From positions 1,200,001 to 1,232,000 of the forward strand of contig NC_006138.1 of assembly GCF_000025945.1 (NCBI RefSeq): a stretch of 32,000 nt of DNA, read 5' to 3'. This DNA is from Desulfotalea psychrophila LSv54 (lineage in GTDB: Bacteria > Desulfobacterota > Desulfobulbia > Desulfobulbales > Desulfocapsaceae). The position numbers were made by a program, and so were the translations under genes. Below, one piece after another: positions 1 through 9,013 of this stretch (position 1 is its first letter; every line of letters starts with the position of its first letter). Below the pieces are notes generated by a model that saw nothing but the letters and a program-made list of their open reading frames with translations, did not search any database and had not been told where the DNA came from.

Positions 1-5
1 TTTTT

Positions 6-398
6 ATGAAGCAGTTAGATGATGTTTATCGTTCTTGTACACTGGAATATTTTGAAAGTGGAAAATATCGCATCATGATGCCAGAATTTCTTGCCCTCAA
101 GAAAGAGGACAAAGCCATGATGTTGGATCTGCGTTCCAAAGAAGAAGCTGAGCTGGTGAGCCTGTCCTTCGCGCATAACATTCCCATTGCAGAGCTACCC
201 GACCGTTTGGCTGAATTACCCCGGGACAAGGTCATCGTTACCTTCTGTGCCAGCAGCGTTCGTGCTGTGATGGCATTTGTCTATTTACAGGCTGCTGGCT
301 TTAAAAATGTAAAAATTTTAACTGATAAATTGCAGGATTTGACCGCAAACTTCATGCCTCCGTTTGTTGCCAAGAATTACGATATCCTGAAGAAGTAA
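6..398 (+). CDS. Rhodanese-domain sulfurtransferase-like protein
   Basis: 130-aa ORF with a rhodanese-type active-site loop CASSVRA (Cys-X4-Arg) in the expected C-terminal half. The ATG at 6 is close to the window edge. Confidence 0.7.
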   Translation: MKQLDDVYRSCTLEYFESGKYRIMMPEFLALKKEDKAMMLDLRSKEEAELVSLSFAHNIPIAELPDRLAELPRDKVIVTFCASSVRAVMAFVYLQAAGFKNVKILTDKLQDLTANFMPPFVAKNYDILKK

Positions 399-414
399 TC
401 TTCCTGCCTTCACA

Positions 415-456
415 AAACCATTGTCCCGGTTTAATTTGGGCCAATGGTTTTCTCTC
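415..456 (+). terminator. Possible intrinsic terminator after the rhodanese gene
   Basis: Stem AAACCATTG (415-423) pairs with CAATGGTTT (442-450), followed by a T-rich tail. The 18-nt loop weakens the call. Confidence 0.35.
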
Positions 457-690
457 TTGCGCTAAACTTCCGCACAGAAAACAAAATAGCCATCTAACAG
501 CATATTGAGGCTGTCCCTGTTAAGCCAGACACGGCTTTTATGCTTTTGATCCTGTCCGGATATTGTGGAGAGGGAACTAAGTCTTTGTAGTCATAGCAGA
601 ATGAAGAGGTTTTTTATCTACGGTGTCCAGGTGCTTGGGCAACTGACCTTGAAAACTACCAGATCCAGCCAAACCCACTTACACTCGGGT

Positions 691-1079
691 GAATCCTCCA
701 GGATCTTCTCTCTACGTCATAGCCTCACTAAGGGGCAACCATCCGTAGATCGTCGCCTTTTAGGTACATTTCTCGACCGCTCCCTTCCCTTGGTTGCGAC
801 ATTCTCTACCCATGTAGATATATTTTACCTATAAAACAGTGTTCTAGGGGCATTTGCCCCGGTGGAGTTTTTAAATCTCCTGGTCTGGTAGCTTAGGCAT
901 TGATTTTAGGTAATTATTGACCGCTTGAAATTCTTCCGTGCTAGGCATACAATGATTCTTATAATAAAAGACATGGGTGGAGGGAGTACCGTCTTGCGAG
1001 ATGTTGTGGGTGGAGGTTTCTGCGATCTATCCATTGCACTATGTTTAAGGTGCTGTTGCACTTATTGTACTCATTCAGC
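691..1079 (+). repeat. Copy A of the ORF-less TIR element family (left terminus lost, internal deletions, right TIR intact)
   Basis: Shares blocks with copies B-F: CCATCCGTAGATC (739-751), GTGTTCTAG, CGGTGGAGTTTTT, TGATTTTAGGTAATTAT, GGTGGAGGTTTC. Right TIR is CTGTTGCACTTATTGTAC (1053-1070), continuing to ..CAGC at 1079. Confidence 0.8.
925..953 (+). promoter_or_regulatory. Sigma70-like promoter motif inside copy A, pointing at the mscS-family gene
   Basis: TTGAAA (925-930), 17-nt spacer, TACAAT (948-953). The same motif sits at the same place in copies B, C, E and G. Confidence 0.4.
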
Positions 1080-1262
1080 CATTGAAGCATTTAACTCCCC
1101 TGAATAAGCTGAAAGAGTTTCATCAACTCAAACCAAATTTATTTAAGAAGCGACCAACCAATCGTCGGGAACCTAACATGTAAGTTTGTTCATTGCCTAT
1201 CTGGTGATGATTTTTGATCGCTACAACATGTTATGAGATGTTTTTATATAGGGGGCGTGTGG

Positions 1263-3923
1263 ATGAAGTGTAAACTGCTTTCGAATCGTTTTTCTAGGAT
1301 CATATGTGTCGTCAGCATCATTATGCTTGGTCTGTGGGGAGGTTCTCTCTATGCTGCGCAGGTATCGCAAAAATCTGATAATATAGTAGAAAAAGTTGTG
1401 GTGGAGGCAGCGAAAGATTCCTCGAAATCCGCTACATCGAGTCCACGTGCCACCCTACAGAATTTTCTTTCTGACGTTGATCGAGCTGTTGCTGATTGGC
1501 AACAAGGTATTCGTACCGAAGAGAGCGCTTGGGCATTTTTTCGTGCAACACAAATGCTTGATTTTGCTGGAGTTCCTGATAACGTCTCAGGAATTACTAA
1601 AATATCACGTATCCTTTTATTAAAAGATATCCTCGATCGGGTCAAGATCCCGGCAAGTGATCTGGTTCCCGGTGAGGCAGAAGTAGCTTCGAAAGATATT
1701 TCTACCTGGACCATTCCCGGAACACAAATAACTATTGCAAAGGTTGAGGATGGTTCCAAGGCAGGTGATTTTTTATTTTCCAAATATACCGTTGAAAATC
1801 TTGGCAGATTCCACCGGCAGATGGAGGATATACCTTACTCCTCTGGTGTCTCTTCCGGTTTATATGAACAGTTTAGAGATACTGCGCGTTCTAGTGACTA
1901 TTTTTCATCAAAAATTAGGATGCGCGATTTGTTACGAGGGGTTGATACATCAAGTCCTCGGTCAACCTTTGAGAGTTTTTTAAGTAATATCAATCAATCA
2001 TATTTATTTGTGCAGCAAGCAGAAAAAGGATTGCAGCAAACACCGCCCACTCTGACAATGGCAGAGGCTGAACAGCTTGAAGTGCGGGCTCATAACTACA
2101 TGAGACGAGCTATCTCCACACTTGATTTAAGCAATGTTCCAGAGGCACTACGGAGTAGTATTGCTATAGAGTCGACCTTACAGCTTAAGGAAGTTTTTGA
2201 TAGAATGATGTTGCCGGCTTTAGACTCAATCCCTGATCTTGAGATGGTTGAAGCAGCAAGGAAATTTGACAGTGAGGCCTTTATAGGCGGGGCAAAATCT
2301 TTACGTTGGAGATATCCGGACACAGAAATTGAGATTGTAGAGATTGGCGAAGGTAAGAGGCAGGGAGAGTTTCTATTTAGCGCTGATACGGTAAAAAACA
2401 TAGATGAAACATATCGTAAAGTAGAAGCTGTTCCGTACCGAACAACTACAACTGGGCCCAGGGAGAGTGAATATCAATTTCCCGGAACGTCTGATAACTT
2501 TTTCATCACCTACAGCTCAACACCTGGTTATCTTGTCACTCATACCAACTTTTTGAGTGGCTTGTATGACAGCTTTCCACCTTGGTTGAATATCATGTAC
2601 GGTGGACAGACGCTTTGGCAATGGTTTGCCCTCGTGTTCATTCTTGTTTTTACTTTTTTTGCAATTTATTTTACCTTTCGCGCTGTGAAAAGAGCTGTTA
2701 TGCCTCTCCATTCACCTAACCGTGATTGGATCAATCTTATTTCTCCGTTTATTGTGGCCCTTTTTCTTCCCTTTGTTGTGCACTTTATAGATAACGATCT
2801 TAAGATCACTGGTGTTATCGTTTCCACTGTGAAAACTGGTGGTGAATTTTTTGTTATCATCATGCTTGGCTGGGGTGCCATGCGCTTTGGTAAGGCGGTG
2901 TCGGAGACGATAGTAGCCTCTCCAAAAATTGATCCAGAAGGGATTCAGGCATCCTATACTCGGGCTGTATCAGGACTCTTTAGTTTTATTTTTGCTGCAG
3001 TTATAGTTTTTAACGGCCTTTCCCGTATTGGTGTCTCTATGATTCCAGTCCTTACTGGTTTGGGTGTCGGTGGTTTAGCATTTGGTTTGGCAGCACGGCC
3101 GACAATTGAGAACCTTATTGGTAGCTTTATGATATTTTTAGATAAACCGTGTCGGGTCGGTCAGCGGGTGAAGATTCTTTCCCACGACGGAACCGTTGAA
3201 TCCATTGGTCTTCGTTCAACTAAGATCAGACTGCTAAACGGTAATTTGACTGCAATTCCAAATGAAAAAATGGCTAATATGGAAATCGAAAATATTGGCC
3301 GCAGGCCGTATATCCGCAGATGTTTTAACATTACTCTGACCTACGATACTCCACCGGATAAAATCAAACAGTCAATTGATATTATTCGAGAAATTTTATC
3401 TGTTCCTGAGGATGGAATAATGGCCGGCGAATATGGTGTCTATTCTAGGGAAAGGAAGGTACATCCCAACGAAGCGATTAATCAACCGGACTATTTACCT
3501 CAGGTCTATTTTAATGATCTGAACGCAGATTCTCTCAATATAATTGTTTTTTATTGGTACCATCCTCCTCAGTATTGGGAGTATTTAGAACATTCTACCT
3601 GGGTCAACTTACAGCTCATGGAGCGATTTAATGCTGAAGGGATTGATTTTGCCTTCCCAACCCAAACACTATATGTGGCGGGCGATGATAAAAGACCACT
3701 TACCATTGGTCAGCGAGTGGTTACAGCTCAAAATCTTCAGCCACAGCAGGTGGGGAAAGTGTCTACGGTGTTGCAGTCCCATATGAAACAGGAGGAAACC
3801 GAGTTGGCGAGTGACGCCCTAAGGCCTGAAGACAGAGAGCCGTATCTTGAGCGGCAAAAAAAGCAGGAAGAGTTGGAGGCGGCTGAGGCCGAAGAAGGCG
3901 ATAAAGCAAAAGATAATAATTGA
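1263..3923 (+). CDS. Mechanosensitive ion channel family protein (MscS superfamily) with a large N-terminal periplasmic region
   Basis: Signal-peptide-like start MKCKLLSNRF.. at ATG 1263 (the ORF is open from 1233). Multiple TM segments, then the MscS core GLGVGGLAFGLAARPTIENLIGSFMIFLDKPCRVGQRV..IPN and an acidic C-terminal tail. Confidence 0.85.
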   Translation: MKCKLLSNRFSRIICVVSIIMLGLWGGSLYAAQVSQKSDNIVEKVVVEAAKDSSKSATSSPRATLQNFLSDVDRAVADWQQGIRTEESAWAFFRATQMLDFAGVPDNVSGITKISRILLLKDILDRVKIPASDLVPGEAEVASKDISTWTIPGTQITIAKVEDGSKAGDFLFSKYTVENLGRFHRQMEDIPYSSGVSSGLYEQFRDTARSSDYFSSKIRMRDLLRGVDTSSPRSTFESFLSNINQSYLFVQQAEKGLQQTPPTLTMAEAEQLEVRAHNYMRRAISTLDLSNVPEALRSSIAIESTLQLKEVFDRMMLPALDSIPDLEMVEAARKFDSEAFIGGAKSLRWRYPDTEIEIVEIGEGKRQGEFLFSADTVKNIDETYRKVEAVPYRTTTTGPRESEYQFPGTSDNFFITYSSTPGYLVTHTNFLSGLYDSFPPWLNIMYGGQTLWQWFALVFILVFTFFAIYFTFRAVKRAVMPLHSPNRDWINLISPFIVALFLPFVVHFIDNDLKITGVIVSTVKTGGEFFVIIMLGWGAMRFGKAVSETIVASPKIDPEGIQASYTRAVSGLFSFIFAAVIVFNGLSRIGVSMIPVLTGLGVGGLAFGLAARPTIENLIGSFMIFLDKPCRVGQRVKILSHDGTVESIGLRSTKIRLLNGNLTAIPNEKMANMEIENIGRRPYIRRCFNITLTYDTPPDKIKQSIDIIREILSVPEDGIMAGEYGVYSRERKVHPNEAINQPDYLPQVYFNDLNADSLNIIVFYWYHPPQYWEYLEHSTWVNLQLMERFNAEGIDFAFPTQTLYVAGDDKRPLTIGQRVVTAQNLQPQQVGKVSTVLQSHMKQEETELASDALRPEDREPYLERQKKQEELEAAEAEEGDKAKDNN

Positions 3924-4117
3924 AAAATCTGATTACCACCGAACTTCAGCCAATTTTAAAAGTTGTCTTGGCATAGTTGCTGTATTAATGGAAACTTTAA
4001 GGAGAGATTTAATCATCCCTTTTAGGTGGAATCTACGGTTAAAGCGTTAACATGTTAGATACCGTGGTAAATGTTTAGGGCGTATCGCATGGTATGCATC
4101 GTCAATGGCAGTTTTAA

Positions 4118-4693
4118 TGTTACGGAGCTGATGTAAAAGAATTCTATCCAAGGCACTCTTTTATTCTGGCAAGATTCTTCTTGTCTGCCCTCTGCGTGAT
4201 AGCTTCACTTAGGGACACCCTCTCCGTAGATCATTGCCTTGTCCTCAAGGTGGGCATATCGTTTGGCGTGGCCCATGTAGTTGTTAGATCAAGTTGCATT
4301 AAGCCGATGTTACAGCCTGTGAAATAGATTCATCCTAGGACCAATCTTTCCCGCAATGCCTTCCCGTGGTTGTCATATTTTCTACTTATGTAGACTGCTT
4401 CCAACCATAAAGCAGTGTTTTATGGATCTCTTGCTGATTTTTCTTTATTGCCTATGATGAGACCTAGGGGTGTTTGATCGGTGGAGTTTCTTGGCCTCCT
4501 GCTCTGGTAATTTGAAGTGTGATTTTAAGTGATTATGGATCGCTTGAGGGTTGTTTGGTGTTAGGGGTATAATGCTTTCTCTTACAAAAAGACATGTGGG
4601 GAGAGGGCGTATCGTCTTGCCAGATGTTGCGGGTGGAGGTTTCTGCCATCTACCCATTGTATTATGCTTAAGACGCTGTTGCACTTTTGCTTG
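4118..4693 (+). repeat. Copy B of the TIR element family (near full length, both termini degenerate)
   Basis: Collinear with copy E from GATGTAAAAGAATTC through CTCCGTAGATCATTGCC, GATCGGTGGAGTTTCTTGG, TTGAAGTGTGATTTTAAG and GGTGGAGGTTTC to a decayed right TIR CTGTTGCACTTTTGCTTG (4676-4693). Confidence 0.8.
4544..4573 (+). promoter_or_regulatory. Sigma70-like promoter motif inside copy B, pointing at ldtD
   Basis: TTGAGG (4544-4549), 18-nt spacer, TATAAT (4568-4573). Confidence 0.35.
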
Positions 4694-5026
4694 TGACTGT
4701 CGCATTAATCTTGATCATTTTTCTATCATCCTTAATATTACGAGGAGCAGGTCCTCCACAATAACGGGGAGAAGCACACTAAGGTTTTTCGTTAAGTGGC
4801 CGTCTTGTTTTTTGTGGTCTGCCAGATTATCATCTTGGGCAGAGTTACGGTCGAAGCCATTGTTTACACCCTTGGCCAGACCAGAAAAACCTTTATTCAT
4901 TCTCTGGCTGGTTTGCTACCTTGTCTATTATTTGAAATGTATTGAAAATTGTTCAAAAAAAACCAATGCAGTAGCCCAATACTTTTATGATTTGTATTCT
5001 GGGTATTAACCCGAGTTGGAATTCTT

Positions 5027-6712
5027 ATGTTCATTGATCGCCATCCCTTAACACTTTTTCTACGATTTCCTGCGGGGAAAATACTCTGTTATAGTCTGTT
5101 TTTTTTCCTGGCATCAATCACCGCCAGCAATAGTCGTCCGCTCGATACCGAACTCTCTCTGGCGCTGGAAGAATATCTGGGGTGTCTGCCGATAGAACTG
5201 ATACAGAATGACGGCCAACTTCCAATTTTGTCGACGGTAGATTTATGCCTAGCAAAAATCTATCATCAAACCGGGGCTCGCCCGCTCTGGGTGACCGTTG
5301 ATGGTCCCTCTGAAAAAGGCAAGATCATTCTCAAATACCTGACCGATTCCGATCAGCACGGCCTTGAACCTAATGCTTACAAACTCGAACGTTTACGGGA
5401 ACTTTGGTCAAGCAAAGGTGTCGATGAGTTGGCCGAGCTTGACATTTTATTGACCTACAACATCGTAAAATATGTGCATGACATTAGTTATGGCCGACTC
5501 AAACCCTTAGAGTCGGACCCTCAACTGTTCGCCGAGGCAGGAGACAAAGAATTTAACCCGCTTCGTGCCATCGAGCACCTTCTTGCCACGAGGGATCTTG
5601 ACAGGTTTCTTGCTGGCTTACCTCCTCAGCATCTTCATTACAAGGCACTTAAAACAGCTCTTGCATACTATCGTAACTTCGCTAAAAATGGTGACTGGCC
5701 TAAGGTGGCAATGGGAGTAAACCTGCACCCCGGCGATAGAGAGAAACGAATTATAAGCATCAGAAAAAGACTCCAGTTTGCAGGTCCTTTCCTGGAAGCC
5801 CCCCGAGACTCGGATTTAAGCCAATATGATCTCATCTTAGAAGAGGCCGTTCTGTCCTTTCAGCAGCTACATGGCCTGCAAACAGATGGGATTATAGGTA
5901 GAAATACCGTCGATGCCCTAAATATTTCGATTGCTGAAAAAATTGAAATTATTCGTCTGAATATGATGCGATGGCGATGGCAGGCACATGATCTGGGAAA
6001 ACGATATCTGCTCGTCAATATCGCCAGTTTTAATTTAAAGGCATTCCGCGACCAGGATGTAGTGCTGGACATGCCGATTATCGTCGGCACTGAGGAGAAC
6101 GAGACTCCGGTTTTCAGTGCCTGGATCAAATATATCGATTTCAACCCATTTTGGAATATTCCCACCAGTATCGCCCGCAATGAGATGTTACCAGCACTGC
6201 GGAAAAACAACTATTATCTCATTGATCAGCGTATTAGTCTGTTCTCTAATTGGCAGCAGAGTGCAGTCGAGCTCGACTCCACAGCTATCGACTGGGAGGC
6301 TATTACCCCGAGCGAAATCTCCGCCTATAAGCTCAGGCAGGATCCGGGTCCCTTGAATGCACTGGGGAGAATTAAATTTATCTTTCCTAATAGCTATTCC
6401 GTCTATATGCACGATACGCCTGGCCGTCATCTTTTTAGCCTAAGCAAAAGAAGCTTCAGTCACGGTTGTATTCGGGTGAGTGACCCCCTAAGCCTGGCCA
6501 TTTTCCTCCTTGAAAATCAGACAGATGGTTGGGATACTGAAAAAATTAAAGAAATATATGAGCAGGAGGAGCGTAAAGTGATTATCTTAACTCTTTCTGT
6601 TGCCGTTCATATAACGTATGGAACCGCCTGGGTTGACAAAGGCGGAGAGATCCATTTTAGTAGGGATATTTATTTGAGAGATGAGAGATTGCGTAACGCT
6701 CTTTTGAAATAA
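5027..6712 (+). CDS. ldtD: L,D-transpeptidase, YcbB/LdtD family
   Basis: 561 aa. Peptidoglycan-binding repeat (LQQLHGLQTDGIIGRNTVDALN) and YkuD catalytic motif SHGCIRV near the C-terminus. Followed by a ycbK-type gene, as in E. coli. Confidence 0.8.
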   Translation: MFIDRHPLTLFLRFPAGKILCYSLFFFLASITASNSRPLDTELSLALEEYLGCLPIELIQNDGQLPILSTVDLCLAKIYHQTGARPLWVTVDGPSEKGKIILKYLTDSDQHGLEPNAYKLERLRELWSSKGVDELAELDILLTYNIVKYVHDISYGRLKPLESDPQLFAEAGDKEFNPLRAIEHLLATRDLDRFLAGLPPQHLHYKALKTALAYYRNFAKNGDWPKVAMGVNLHPGDREKRIISIRKRLQFAGPFLEAPRDSDLSQYDLILEEAVLSFQQLHGLQTDGIIGRNTVDALNISIAEKIEIIRLNMMRWRWQAHDLGKRYLLVNIASFNLKAFRDQDVVLDMPIIVGTEENETPVFSAWIKYIDFNPFWNIPTSIARNEMLPALRKNNYYLIDQRISLFSNWQQSAVELDSTAIDWEAITPSEISAYKLRQDPGPLNALGRIKFIFPNSYSVYMHDTPGRHLFSLSKRSFSHGCIRVSDPLSLAIFLLENQTDGWDTEKIKEIYEQEERKVIILTLSVAVHITYGTAWVDKGGEIHFSRDIYLRDERLRNALLK

Positions 6713-6748
6713 TTTTTTACACCATATTACCTCAGACCTTAACATCAC

Positions 6749-7306
6749 ATGACCCAACCGAAAAAATTGCACTTGATGAATCGACGCCGATTACTGCTTA
6801 CAGCAGCCAAAATCGCGGCCGGATTGGTTATTGCCTCACCACTTGAACTTTTTGCCCGGTCCATTCCCGATAACAAGATTTCATTTTCCCATACACATAC
6901 CGGTGAATGCTTCGACTTGTGTGTTAACGATCGAGCATACAGTCCAGTTGTCAGGGAAAATCTTTTTTTCTTTCTCCGTGACTTTCGCACCAAGGAGGTG
7001 CATTCGATCGATTTTCGACTTATGGATATTCTCCTTAAAATCCGGCAAAAAACGGGTAGCACAGGTATTTACCAGGTTATATCCGGATACAGATCTCCAA
7101 ATACCAATAATTTGTTACGGGGCAAGAGCACTGGAGTCGCAAAAAAGAGTTTGCATCTGCAAGGCCGAGCCATTGACATTCGGCTTACGGATGTGCCTAC
7201 CAAAGAGCTTCGGGATGTTGCCTTATCTCTGAGAGCTGGTGGGGTCGGCTATTATGCCAAATCAGACTTTGTCCATATAGATACCGGTCATGTTCGTTCA
7301 TGGTAA
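6749..7306 (+). CDS. mepK: DUF882/peptidase M15A family protein (YcbK/MepK-like murein endopeptidase) with a Tat-type signal
   Basis: Twin-arginine leader MNRRRLLLTAAKIAAG.. (alternative start 6776). Conserved SGYRSP..N, HLQGRAIDI and VHIDTG motifs typical of YcbK. Confidence 0.8.
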   Translation: MTQPKKLHLMNRRRLLLTAAKIAAGLVIASPLELFARSIPDNKISFSHTHTGECFDLCVNDRAYSPVVRENLFFFLRDFRTKEVHSIDFRLMDILLKIRQKTGSTGIYQVISGYRSPNTNNLLRGKSTGVAKKSLHLQGRAIDIRLTDVPTKELRDVALSLRAGGVGYYAKSDFVHIDTGHVRSW

Positions 7307-7321
7307 CTGCTTAATTGTTTC

Positions 7322-7680
7322 ATATAGGTCGTTGCTTCACTAGGGGGCACACCATCCGTAGATCATCGCCTTATTGTTAAGATGAGCTGGTTATCCTGTT
7401 GGTATAATGACATAAAAGCTTCTGGATTTTGTAGAGGGTGGATTATATGATTTCCTGGCTAATAAACTTGCTGTAGACTCCTTTCAACCGTAAAACAGTG
7501 CTCTAGAGATTTCTTGCTAATTTCCTTTATCACCTATAATGAGATCTAGGGGCGCTTGGCCGGTAAGTTTTTTGGCCTCCTGTGCTGATAGTTTGGAGTG
7601 TGGTTTTGGCTGATTATGGATTGCTTGAAATTCTTTTCTGTTAGGGGCATAATCTTTTTGTAACAGAGGCCTGGGACGCT
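7322..7680 (+). repeat. Copy C of the TIR element family (both termini missing)
   Basis: Starts 15 nt after the mepK stop. Contains CACCATCCGTAGATCATCGCC (7350-7370), GTGCTCTAGAGATTTCTTGC and GGTTTTGGCTGATTATGGATTGCTTGAAATTC. It shares a middle variant (TATCCTGTTGGTATAATG.CATAAAAGCTTCTGG) with copy F. Confidence 0.8.
7625..7653 (+). promoter_or_regulatory. Sigma70-like promoter motif inside copy C, pointing at dgkA
   Basis: TTGAAA (7625-7630), 17-nt spacer, CATAAT (7648-7653). The dgkA start lies 220 nt downstream. Confidence 0.4.
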
Positions 7681-7872
7681 CAAAAAACATTGCGGGTCTT
7701 TTAGCCCCAAAATAAATAAGCTGAAAAAGGTTGGTTGGAATGTTGGCGACCAGGGCGGACGTCTTTTTGCCTAGTAAATCATCTGGGACCCAACAAATAG
7801 GCTTAGGTTTTAATGCTTATCTCGGGCTTTTCTTTGGCGGGTTTTTTTCTTCTACAAAGGAGTATAAATAGA

Positions 7873-8244
7873 ATGAAAGGAAATAGGGGATTCAAGCGGC
7901 TTGTTTTAGCCACATGTTATTCCTATAGAGGACTTTGTCAGGCATTTAGGCATGAAGCTGCCTTTCGCCAGGAACTTTTTCTGGTCGCTATTCTTCTTCC
8001 GCTGACCTACTGGTTTGAGGTTGAGCCTATCGAACGCTTATTGATGGGAGCCTCATTAATTCTTGTACTGATTGTTGAATTGTTAAACTCAGGAATTGAG
8101 GCCGTCGTTGATCGCATAAGTGAGGACTTTCATGAACTTTCTGGCCGGGCGAAAGACATTGGCTCAGCTGCCGTTTTTATGACATTCTTGCTAGCCGGCT
8201 ACGTCTGGGTATCGACTCTTTGGCCCTTGCTACCTTTACTCTGA
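7873..8244 (+). CDS. dgkA: Diacylglycerol kinase
   Basis: 123 aa from ATG 7873 (AAGGAG upstream), a length typical of DgkA. Matches the DgkA pattern GFKRL..A..YS..G..A...E.AFRQE, ..ELLNS.IE..VDR and three TM segments. The ORF is open from 7813. Confidence 0.85.
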   Translation: MKGNRGFKRLVLATCYSYRGLCQAFRHEAAFRQELFLVAILLPLTYWFEVEPIERLLMGASLILVLIVELLNSGIEAVVDRISEDFHELSGRAKDIGSAAVFMTFLLAGYVWVSTLWPLLPLL

Positions 8245-8395
8245 AATAAATGTATCGGCTTTTCTAAAGATAGGTCGCTGCCCATTAATGTCATACTACA
8301 AGACCATATCTAGGTTCGGGCTGATGCGAGGGAGGCAATTCGTGTGGTATGGGGTAAGGTGCGGAGACCCATCAATCACGACCGGCCATTGACCG

Positions 8396-8490
8396 GAAAC
8401 AAAAAAAGACACTCACAGGAAACCCCCATAAGTGCCTTTACCAGCGGTGGAGGTTGGGGCAAACCGTTGGTCTCTTGACTGTCAGGTGAC
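8396..8490 (-). pseudogene. Degenerate copy of the tRNA-Ala 3' two-thirds plus its downstream terminator tail
   Basis: GGTGGAGGT (8445-8453) equals tRNA positions 17735-17743. TGACTGTCAG (8475-8484) matches TGACTGCCAG in the anticodon arm. By hand, about 36 of 48 positions are identical. Downstream on the minus strand there is a 7-bp hairpin (8407-8413/8429-8435) and the GAAAC-A6-G tail, compared with GAAAC-A7-G at 17682-17694. Confidence 0.55.
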
Positions 8491-8492
8491 TG

Positions 8493-8860
8493 GAATTCTT
8501 GTATGAATTTGATTTAAATCGATGTTGTAGCTTGCAAAATAGATTCATCCCTGGACCAATCTTTCCCGTAATACTCTCCCTCGCTTGCCACATTTTCTAC
8601 TCCTGTAGATCTATTTTGCCTATAAAATAGTGTTCTAGAGATCTCTTGCTAGTTTCCTTTATCGCCTGGGTAGACTTTTCGGATGGGGTCGCTTGAGCGG
8701 TGGAGTTTTTTCTGTCTCTCGTTTTGGCATTTTGAAGTGTGATTTTAGGTAATTATGGAATTCTTGCTCTTTCTTTGCCGTTAGGATGTTGATAGTTTCT
8801 ATTGATGGGGTGGTCGCGCAAATAAGGTTTTTTTGTACTGAATGTTGCACTTATTGCTTG
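8493..8860 (+). repeat. Copy D of the TIR element family (right two-thirds; promoter motif disrupted)
   Basis: Collinear with copy E from GGAATTCTTG.. through GTAGCTTGCAAAA, GTGTTCTAGAGATCTCTTGCTAGTTTCCTTTATCGCCTGGGTAGAC, CGGTGGAGTTTTTT and TTGAAGTGTGATTTTAGG to a decayed right TIR TGTTGCACTTATTGCTTG (8843-8860). A short left-arm match ATAGGTCGCTGC lies at 8270-8281. Confidence 0.8.
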
Positions 8861-9013
8861 AGATCAATCTTTGCCTTTCTTTTTTTTGTTAAAACGCCCT
8901 TGCTTTTGCTGGTGATTTGCGACAGGTTTCAATCCTAACATAAGCTCGGTAGGGGGAGGCCTCTACTGTTTGTATTTTTTAAGGTGCTGTCTAACAGCCA
9001 AGAAGGAGTAGGT

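Noticed and set aside
925-1107. Cys-rich small plus-strand ORFs in the right arms of copies A, B and E (925-1107, 4551-5009, 14431-14664). They share ..KDMG.G.TVLR..GGGF....CCTYCT.. and look like peptide precursors.
   Set aside because: The ORFs start at the TTG of the -35-like hexamer. The CCTYCT end is simply the translated TIR. Between GGTGGAGG and the TIR, E carries indels that change the frame relative to A and B. The lengths after the TIR are unrelated (60, 152 and 77 aa). The similarity is at the nucleotide level.
1233-1262. Upstream-extended starts given by the ORF track (1233, 7813, 8984, 11359, 18139, 20612, 22567, 29926, 30762).
   Set aside because: In each case an internal ATG or GTG preceded by a Shine-Dalgarno-like sequence gives the canonical N-terminus or family-typical length. 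The extensions overlap upstream genes or element sequence.
4715-4900. 61-aa minus-strand ORF (MNKGFSGLAKGVNNGFDRNSAQDD..) between copy B and ldtD.
   Set aside because: Weak RBS, no recognisable family, and it lies antisense in a region where all the credible genes are on the plus strand. Left uncalled.
8359-8370. GTGCGGAGACCC resembling a group II intron 5' end (GUGYG).
   Set aside because: There is no domain V-like hairpin, no reverse-transcriptase ORF and no 3' AY boundary nearby. The five-nucleotide match is trivial.
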